DNA of 25,155 nucleotides from Thermoplasmata archaeon. Lineage in GTDB: Archaea; Thermoplasmatota; SW-10-69-26; JACQPN01; JAJPHT01. The stretch lies in the NCBI GenBank assembly GCA_034667685.1, contig JAXDQU010000075.1, positions 1 through 25,155 of the forward strand, in the 5' to 3' direction. This document shows, piece by piece, positions 18,689 through 25,155 of the stretch; positions within the stretch are counted from its first letter, which is position 1; each line of letters starts with the position of its first letter. The notes beneath the pieces were generated by a model, which did no database searches, was not told where the DNA came from, and was given only the letters and a program-made list of their open reading frames with translations. The position numbers and the translations under genes are program-made.

Positions 18689-20026
18689 ATGCGCCGTGCG
18701 ATCGCTCTGCTGCTCGTGGCGCTGAGCCTCGGATGCGCCGCGCGCGAAGCAGCCACGGTCCCCTCGACGCCGACGCCCGCGCACGCCACGCCGCCCAGCG
18801 CGACGCCCGCGCCGCAGCCCCTCGTCCGCGCGAACGCGACGCCCGCGCCACCACCGGCGCCCTCGGCCGTGCCCGCGTTCCGGCGCGTCGTGTCGCCCGC
18901 GGGGACGGCGGAGGACGCTGGCGAGCCCTCCGTCGCGGTGGACCCGCGCACGGGCGCCGTGCTCTACCAGGCGAACCTGGAGACGCTGCGCGTGGACCTG
19001 GCGAACGGCACGTGGAAGGAGGTCGCGCCGCGGACGACGACGCTGCACAGCGAGGACCCGATCCTGGCGCTGGACGCCGCGACGGGGCGCGCGTTCGTCT
19101 CGCAGCTCATGGCCGATTGCAGCATCCTCGCCTGGAGCGACGACGATGGCGCGACGTGGACGACGAACCCGCTGGGCTGCGGCGCGGGCACCGGCTTTGA
19201 CCACCAGACGGTGGGCGGCGGCAAGGACGCGGTCTACTACTGCTCGCACGACACGATCACCACCTCGTGCGCCGCGTCGACGAACGGCGGGCTGACGTTC
19301 CTGCCCGCGGTGCCGGTGAACACCGCCGCGGTCTGCGATCCCACCGGCCCGGGGCACGTGCGCGTCGGCGCCGACGGCACGGCCTACGTCCCCGAGCGCG
19401 GCTGCCACGGCCAGAAGGACCAGGGCTTCGCGATGACGACGGACGGGGGCCGCACGTGGACGCAACGCTTCCTCGCGGGCGTGGGCAGCCAGAGCGAGAG
19501 CGACTCCGCCATCGCGCTCGACGCCGCGGACCGGCTCTACTTCTGCTTCCAGGACGGCCAGGGACGCGCGGGCGTGGTGACGACGTCCGACCGCGGTCTC
19601 ACGTGGTCCGCCCCCGTCGACCTGGGCGCGCCCTTCGGCATCCAGAACACGCAGTTCGAGGTCGCCGTGGCGGGCGACGCGGGCAAGGCGGCCTGCGCGT
19701 TCCTGGGCACGCCGACGCCGGGCGACGACCAGGCGGCCGGCTTCGACGGGACGTGGAAGCTCTACGTCGCGTTCACGTGGGACGCGGGCGCGCACTGGAC
19801 CACGGTGGACGCGGCGCCCGACGACGTCGTGCAGCAGGGCTGCGTCTACCTCGGAGGCAACTTCGGGCCGCCCTGCCGCAACCTCTACGACTTCATGGAC
19901 GCCGCCGTGCTCCCCGATGGCCGCGTGATCGTCGGCTACGCGGACGGCGACGTGGAGGGCCAGCGCGCGACCAAGGGCGTCATCGCCGAGCAGGTCGCGG
20001 GGCCCGGCCTCGTCTCCAAAGCTTAA
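18689..20026 (+). CDS. Asp-box (BNR)/sialidase-like beta-propeller lipoprotein
   Basis: Lipobox SLGC, Pro/Ala/Thr linker, and five Asp-boxes (SDDDGATW, STNGGLTF, TTDGGRTW, SDRGLTW, TWDAGAHW). Confidence 0.85.
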   Translation: MRRAIALLLVALSLGCAAREAATVPSTPTPAHATPPSATPAPQPLVRANATPAPPPAPSAVPAFRRVVSPAGTAEDAGEPSVAVDPRTGAVLYQANLETLRVDLANGTWKEVAPRTTTLHSEDPILALDAATGRAFVSQLMADCSILAWSDDDGATWTTNPLGCGAGTGFDHQTVGGGKDAVYYCSHDTITTSCAASTNGGLTFLPAVPVNTAAVCDPTGPGHVRVGADGTAYVPERGCHGQKDQGFAMTTDGGRTWTQRFLAGVGSQSESDSAIALDAADRLYFCFQDGQGRAGVVTTSDRGLTWSAPVDLGAPFGIQNTQFEVAVAGDAGKAACAFLGTPTPGDDQAAGFDGTWKLYVAFTWDAGAHWTTVDAAPDDVVQQGCVYLGGNFGPPCRNLYDFMDAAVLPDGRVIVGYADGDVEGQRATKGVIAEQVAGPGLVSKA

Positions 20027-20052
20027 GACGTGAGGCCGCGCCTTCCGAGCGC

Positions 20053-20988
20053 ATGCACGCCGAGGCGGAGTCCCCCTGCACCGTGGGCAACTTCGGCCCC
20101 GGCTTCGACGTGCTCAGCCTCGCGCTCCAGCGGCGCGGCGACAAGGTCTGGATCGCCACCGCCGAGACGGACACGGTGCGCGTGCGCGGGCCGGGCCACG
20201 AGCGCGTGCCGACCGAATGGTCGCGCAACAGCGCGTGCGCGAGCCTCGACCACCTGCGCCGCCTGACGGGCAAGGACGGCCCGCTGGAGGTCGTCATCGA
20301 GAAGGGCATGCCGCCCGGCTCGGGCCTGGGCAGCAGCGCCTCGTCCAACGCCAGCGCGGTGCGGGCGTTCGCGCGGCTGCACGGCCTCGTGCTATCACCC
20401 TTCGACGCGCTCGTCGCGGCCGCCGCGGGCGAAGCCGTGGCGACGGGGAGCGCGCACCGCGACGACGCGGCCGCGGCGCTCTTCGGTGGCCTGACCATCG
20501 TGGGGCCGGACGGCCCGGACGCCATCGTGCGGCTCCGCCCGCCGCCGCTGCACCTCGTCGTCGCGCGCCCCGAGATCGCGCTTCCCACGCGCGAGATGCG
20601 GGCGCTCATCCCGGACGCGCTGCCCAAGGCCAGCGTCGTGCGCAACCTGGGCAACGTCGCGCGCCTCGTGCACGCCTGCGACGTGGGTGACGACGCGATG
20701 CTCTGCCGCGCGCTGGACGACCTCGTCTCGCGCCCCTACCGCGCCCCGCGCGTCCCGCTCTTCGCGCAGGCCGAAGCCGCCGCGCGGCAGCACGGCGCGC
20801 TCGGGTTTTTGCTATCGGGCTCCGGCCCCGCGATGATCGCGGCGCTCCCGCGCGACAAGGACCCGCGCGCCGTCGAGACCGCGATGCGCGACGTCTTCCT
20901 CAAGGGCGGCGTCGAGGCCGAGGTCTTCACGACGCAGCCGCTCCCGGAGGTGAAGGACCCTGCGATTCCGCTGCCTGCGCTGCGCTGA
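20053..20988 (+). CDS. thrB: Homoserine kinase
   Basis: PCTVGNFGPGFD, GHMP loop PPGSGLGSSAS, LSGSGP; adjacent to thrC; CTTAAG about 25 nt upstream. Confidence 0.92.
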   Translation: MHAEAESPCTVGNFGPGFDVLSLALQRRGDKVWIATAETDTVRVRGPGHERVPTEWSRNSACASLDHLRRLTGKDGPLEVVIEKGMPPGSGLGSSASSNASAVRAFARLHGLVLSPFDALVAAAAGEAVATGSAHRDDAAAALFGGLTIVGPDGPDAIVRLRPPPLHLVVARPEIALPTREMRALIPDALPKASVVRNLGNVARLVHACDVGDDAMLCRALDDLVSRPYRAPRVPLFAQAEAAARQHGALGFLLSGSGPAMIAALPRDKDPRAVETAMRDVFLKGGVEAEVFTTQPLPEVKDPAIPLPALR

Positions 20989-22117
20989 GACGTGGCCGAT
21001 CCGCGAGGTGCGCTACCGCTGCGCGTGCGGCGGGCTCCTCGAGGTCGAGGCGGACTGGAGGTGGACCCCTTCGGAGGCGCGCGGCCTGTGGCGCTATCGT
21101 TCCCTGCTGCCCGTGCTCGACGACGCGCCGCCCGTCACGCTCCAGGAAGGCGGCACGCCGATCGTGGACGCGCCGCGCCTCGCCAAGTGGGCCGGCGTGC
21201 GCTCGCTGCGCGTCAAGGTCGAGGGCGCGAACCCCACCGGCTCGTTCAAGGACCGCGGCATGACGGTGGGCGTGACGGCGGCCCGCGCGCTGCGCGCGCG
21301 TTCGTTGGCCTGCGCGAGCACCGGCAACACGAGCGCGTCGCTCGCGGCGTACGGCGCGCGCGCCGGCCTGCCCACGAGCGTGCTGGTGCCCGCGGGCAAG
21401 ATCGCGCTGGGCAAGATGGCGCAGAGCATGGCGTTCGGCGCGAAGGTCGTCGAGGTCGAGGGCGGCTTCGACGAGGCGATGGCGCTCGTGGAGGAGCTCT
21501 CCGCCTCGGGGCACGTCTACCTGCTCAACTCGCTCAACCCGCTCCGGCTCGAAGGGCAGAAGACGCTCCTCTTCGAGGTGCTCGAAGCCGGCGCGCCGGA
21601 CCGCGTGGTCTTCCCCGTGGGCAACGGCGGCAACGTCAGCGCGGCGCACAAGGCCCTGCGCGAGGCGCACGCCACCGGCCTCTCGCGCGCCGAGGTCATG
21701 CTCACCGGCGTGCAGGCCGAGGGCGCCGCGCCGCTCGCCACCGGAAGCTATCATCCCGTCGAGAAGGCGGAGACGGTCGCCACCGCGATCCGCATCGGCA
21801 AGCCCGTGAATGCCGAGAAGGCGCTGCGCGCGGTGAAGGAGACGGGTGGCGCGATCACCAGCGTGCCCGACGCGGCGATCCTCGACGCGCAGCGGCGCAT
21901 GGCGCAGGAGGAAGGGCTCTTCGTCGAGCCCGCCAGCGCGGCGCCGCTCGCGGGGCTCAAGAAGCTCGTGGAGGCGGGCGTCGTCTCCGCCTCCGAGTCC
22001 GTCGTGCTCGTCGCCACGGGCAACGGCATGAAGGACCCCGACGTGGTGGCGCGCTGGGCCGCGCCGACGCTCCGGGCCAAGAACGATCTCGCCTCGCTGC
22101 TCAAGGTGCTATCATGA
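20960..22117 (+). CDS. thrC: Threonine synthase (probable CTG start)
   Basis: NPTGSFKDRG, ASTGNTSAS, PVGNGGN, EPASAA, TGNGMKD. The N-terminal CLRC...CACG zinc ribbon requires a start upstream of GTG 21008. CTG 20960 lies 6 nt after GGAGGTGA. Confidence 0.93.
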   Translation: MRFRCLRCAETWPIREVRYRCACGGLLEVEADWRWTPSEARGLWRYRSLLPVLDDAPPVTLQEGGTPIVDAPRLAKWAGVRSLRVKVEGANPTGSFKDRGMTVGVTAARALRARSLACASTGNTSASLAAYGARAGLPTSVLVPAGKIALGKMAQSMAFGAKVVEVEGGFDEAMALVEELSASGHVYLLNSLNPLRLEGQKTLLFEVLEAGAPDRVVFPVGNGGNVSAAHKALREAHATGLSRAEVMLTGVQAEGAAPLATGSYHPVEKAETVATAIRIGKPVNAEKALRAVKETGGAITSVPDAAILDAQRRMAQEEGLFVEPASAAPLAGLKKLVEAGVVSASESVVLVATGNGMKDPDVVARWAAPTLRAKNDLASLLKVLS

Positions 22118-22602
22118 AGCTCGACATCCTCGTGGAGCTGCGGGACTCGCCCGGCCAGCTCAGCCAGGCGCTCGCCACCGTCTCGCGCTTCGGCGGCAAC
22201 GTCATCAGCGTCCTCCACGAGCACGGCAAGCGCAAGGGCGACTGGGTCCCCGTGCGCATCGTGCTCGAAGTGCCCAAGGAGGGCGAGGCGCCGCTCGTCG
22301 ACGCGCTGAAGGCCGAGAGCCGCGTCATCTCCGTGGGCGGCGCGACGGCGCAGCTTCCCTTCGCGTTCCTGCTCCTGGGCCACGTCTTCGAGTCGCAGGT
22401 CCAGGAGATCACCGACGCCGCCTTCGCCGCGGGCGCCGAGGTGCGCCGCTTCAGCGCCGAGATCGCCGGGCGCGAGCAGCCCAGCGCCGCGCTCGTCGAG
22501 ATCGCCGCGAACAACGCCGAGACGCTGGCCCAGGCGCGCGAGCGCGTGGCGGAAGTGGCCCGGGCCAAGGGGCTTCTCCTCGTGGAGGCGCTCGCCGAAT
22601 GA
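22114..22602 (+). CDS. Stand-alone ACT-domain protein (probable homoserine dehydrogenase regulatory partner)
   Basis: ELRDSPGQL...GGNVISVLH, then LLGHVFE in the second half. ATGA overlap with thrC; lies directly before hom. Confidence 0.85.
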   Translation: MKLDILVELRDSPGQLSQALATVSRFGGNVISVLHEHGKRKGDWVPVRIVLEVPKEGEAPLVDALKAESRVISVGGATAQLPFAFLLLGHVFESQVQEITDAAFAAGAEVRRFSAEIAGREQPSAALVEIAANNAETLAQARERVAEVARAKGLLLVEALAE

Positions 22603-22623
22603 TCGTCTCGTCCCGCGCGCCGC

Positions 22624-22699
22624 AACACGAAGGCACGAAGCCACGAACGCGCAAAACGCCCCGCAGCTTCGTGCCTTCGTGCCTTCGTGCCTTCGTGTT
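22624..22699. repeat. Periodic palindrome, 8-bp unit nnCACGAA x3 / TTCGTGnn x4 (copy 1)
   Basis: aacacgaa ggcacgaa gccacgaa, 20-nt spacer, ttcgtgcc x3, ttcgtgtt. Confidence 0.9.
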
Positions 22700-22714
22700 C
22701 CTGGAGGCTTGTCC

Positions 22715-23701
22715 ATGAGCAGAATCCTCCTGGCCGGCCACGGCAACGTCGGCAAGGCGTTCCACGAGCTGCTCATCGAGGAGAAGCCGCGCCTGGAGAC
22801 GATCCTGGGCGAAGCGCCGCGCGTCGTCGGCGTGCTGCGCCGCAGCGGCGCGTGGCTCGACGAGAACGGCGTGGGCGTCGGCGGCACGCTGCTGTCGAAA
22901 CGCCAGAGCATGTCCGTCGTCGAGGCGCTCGACAAGGTGCGGCCCGACGTCTTCGTCGAGCTGACCACGAGCAACCTGCAGACCGGCGAGCCGGGCGCGT
23001 CGTACATCCGCGCGGCGCTGGAGCGCGGCATCCCGGTCGTCACCGCGAACAAGGGCCCGCTGCTGCGCCACTACGAGGGCCTGACCCGGCTGGCGCGCGA
23101 GAAGGGCGTCGCATTCCGCTTCGAGGGCACGGTCGCCGGCTCGATCCCGACGCTGAACCTCCACGAGTTCACCCTGGTGGGGAACCCCGTCCTCCGCTTC
23201 GACGGCATCCTCAACGGCACCTCGAACTACATCCTCACGCGCATGGCCGAGGAAGGGCTCGCGTTCGCCGACGCGCTCAAGGAGGCGCAGGAGCTGGGCT
23301 ACGCCGAGGCCGATCCCACCGCGGACGTGGGCGGGCACGACGCCGCGGCGAAGCTCGTCATCCTGGCGAACCACGTCCTCGGCCTGCGGCTGACGTTCGA
23401 CGACGTGCAGCGCGAAGGCATCGAGCGCATCAGCGCGGCCAGCATCCGCCTCGCGGCGAAGGAAGGCTACGCCATCCGGCTCATCGCCACCGCCGACGCG
23501 CGCACGCGCCAGGCCAGCGTCCAGCCGCGCCTCGTGCCCGTCGACTCGCCGCTCAACGTCCGCGGCTCGCTCAACGTCGTGCGCTTCACCACCGCGCACG
23601 CGGGCGCCTTCACCATCTCGGGCAAGGGCGCCGGAGGGCGTGAGACCGCCACTGCCGTGCTCTCGGACGTGATCCACGTGCTGCGGGCCTCGCGTCCCTA
23701 G
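22715..23701 (+). CDS. hom: Homoserine dehydrogenase (no fused ACT domain)
   Basis: GHGNVG, VVTANKGP, EGTVAG, GILNGTSNYIL, LGYAEADPTADVGGHDAAAK, GKGAGGRETA. GGAGG precedes ATG 22715. Confidence 0.95.
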   Translation: MSRILLAGHGNVGKAFHELLIEEKPRLETILGEAPRVVGVLRRSGAWLDENGVGVGGTLLSKRQSMSVVEALDKVRPDVFVELTTSNLQTGEPGASYIRAALERGIPVVTANKGPLLRHYEGLTRLAREKGVAFRFEGTVAGSIPTLNLHEFTLVGNPVLRFDGILNGTSNYILTRMAEEGLAFADALKEAQELGYAEADPTADVGGHDAAAKLVILANHVLGLRLTFDDVQREGIERISAASIRLAAKEGYAIRLIATADARTRQASVQPRLVPVDSPLNVRGSLNVVRFTTAHAGAFTISGKGAGGRETATAVLSDVIHVLRASRP

Positions 23702-23750
23702 GCGCGCTTCCCGCGGCGCCGAAGGCGCGAACGTTGAAGACCGGCCGGGC

Positions 23751-25112
23751 GTGTCGCCGCGCGTGCACCTCGCGGCCCTGGCGCGCTACCCCTTCCTCCC
23801 CGAAGCGGCGCAAGCCGCGGCGGCGGAGGGGCCTTCGCTGGAGGAGCTGATCGGGGACCGCGTGTGGGCCGGCGCGCGCCGCCAGGGCATCGAGCGGCTC
23901 CGGCAGGCGATCGACCAGGGCGAGCTTCCCCCCGCGGCGCTGGGCGAGGCGTCGGGGCGGCGCGAGCTGCTGGAGGACCTGCTCGCCTACGTGTACGCGC
24001 GCATCCTGGTGTGCGCGCTGGACGACGCGTACGTGGTGCGCCGGCACGCGCTCGCGGAGGCGGTGCGCGTCAAGTCCTTCCTGGAGGGCGAGGCCGACCT
24101 CGATCTCGTCGCGCGCGCGGCGGTCACGCTGGGCCTGGGCTTCGAGCCGGAGCCGGACGGCAGGCACCTGCGCGCGCACTTCACCGACTACCTGCGCTAC
24201 GCAGTGCACCTGAAGGACATGGAGTGGAAGCTCGTCACGCAGCCCCTGGAGCATGGCTGGGTGCGGCTCGACGCGCGCAAGACGAGCCGCCTCGTGCAGG
24301 AGGCGCTTCGCCGCAAGATCGAGTCGGAGCTGCCGCGCGAGATCAGCGACGAGGTGCGCAAGGCCGTCGAGCCCGACGCGGCGCCGCTGCGCGAGACCGC
24401 GCGCGTCCGCAAGGAGGCGATGTCGCCCACGCAGTTCGGCAAGGTGCGCCTCGACGCGATGCCGCCCTGCATGGGGCACCTGCTCGCCGAGCTCCAGCAG
24501 GGCGTCAACGTGGCGCACAACGGCCGCTTCGCCATCACCACCTTCCTCCACAAGATCGGCCTGGGCAGCGAGGACATCATGCGGCTCTTCGCGCAGGCGC
24601 CGGATTTTCGCGAGGACCTCACGCGATATCAGGTCGAGCACATCACGGGCGTCACGTCGAGCACCGTCTACAGCGTGCCCGGCTGCGACAACCTCCAGAC
24701 GTTCAACATGTGCTACGCGGACGACCTGTGCCGCAGCAAGACGAAGGCGGGCGTGGCGCGCGTGAAGTATCCCGGCGACTACTACCGCTACGTGTCCGAG
24801 GCGGCCGACGTCGTGGACGCCCTCGCGGCGAAGGCGCGCGTCGCCGACCCCAAGGCGCTCACGGGCGCGCTGGCGATGAGCTACGGCCCGATGGCGCGCC
24901 TGCGCGAGATCACAGGGAGCCCCGAGTTCGCCGCGATGGATCCGGCCGCGCTCGCCGCGTGGATCGACCGCACGCCCGGCGTCCCCGCCTCGGTCGTGGA
25001 GGGCGCGCCGCTCCTGCTCGTGGACGGGAAGGACACGTGGGCGCCGGTCAAGGTGCTCGAAGCGTTCCTGGGGCGGAACGTGGGGCGCCAGAACCCTGCA
25101 CCCCAGACGTGA
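23751..25112 (+). CDS. priL: DNA primase large subunit with C-terminal extension
   Basis: ARYPFL N-terminus, WKLVTQPLEHGWV, PPCM, HNGRF, PDFREDLTRYQVEHI, and YSVPGC...MC...LC (four Fe-S cysteines). Start may be GTG 23763, 23 nt after TTGAAG. Confidence 0.93.
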   Translation: MSPRVHLAALARYPFLPEAAQAAAAEGPSLEELIGDRVWAGARRQGIERLRQAIDQGELPPAALGEASGRRELLEDLLAYVYARILVCALDDAYVVRRHALAEAVRVKSFLEGEADLDLVARAAVTLGLGFEPEPDGRHLRAHFTDYLRYAVHLKDMEWKLVTQPLEHGWVRLDARKTSRLVQEALRRKIESELPREISDEVRKAVEPDAAPLRETARVRKEAMSPTQFGKVRLDAMPPCMGHLLAELQQGVNVAHNGRFAITTFLHKIGLGSEDIMRLFAQAPDFREDLTRYQVEHITGVTSSTVYSVPGCDNLQTFNMCYADDLCRSKTKAGVARVKYPGDYYRYVSEAADVVDALAAKARVADPKALTGALAMSYGPMARLREITGSPEFAAMDPAALAAWIDRTPGVPASVVEGAPLLLVDGKDTWAPVKVLEAFLGRNVGRQNPAPQT

Positions 25113-25131
25113 CCCCTTCCGGGGCCGCTTG

Positions 25132-25155
25132 AACACGAAGTCACGAAGCCACGAA
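25132..25155. repeat. Left arm of the 8-bp CACGAA periodic repeat (copy 2, cut by the window edge)
   Basis: aacacgaa gtcacgaa gccacgaa; 23 of 24 nt identical to 22624-22647. Confidence 0.85.

Overview
A very GC-rich archaeal chromosomal segment. It encodes the archaeal/eukaryote-type primase large subunit PriL, and several genes have TATA-like boxes about 25 nt upstream of ATG/GTG starts. The gene repertoire suggests Thermoplasmatota, but that is an inference. Contents in order: the 5' end of a probable ATP-NAD kinase-family gene; two DUF488 genes facing a frameshifted dual-OB-like gene; glycine cleavage gcvH-gcvPA-gcvPB; a secreted CARDB/Ig-repeat protein; an unannotated 51-aa CPxCG zinc-finger microprotein; a ThDP-dependent enzyme; a YkgJ-type Cys-cluster gene whose 5' end is interrupted by a 146-bp duplication/insertion; surface proteins and a subtilisin; a Lys/Ala-rich histone-H1-like protein; a hotdog thioesterase; a cupredoxin remnant; two CocE/NonD (S15) hydrolases; a LEA-like protein; an Asp-box lipoprotein; thrB-thrC-ACT-hom; and priL. 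The most unusual signal is non-coding. At least seven intergenic elements share one architecture (3-5 degenerate tandem units of 7, 8 or 9 bp, a short spacer, then inverted units), yet they fall into five unrelated sequence families. Two of those families occur twice in this window. No rRNA, tRNA, CRISPR array or transposase was recognised.
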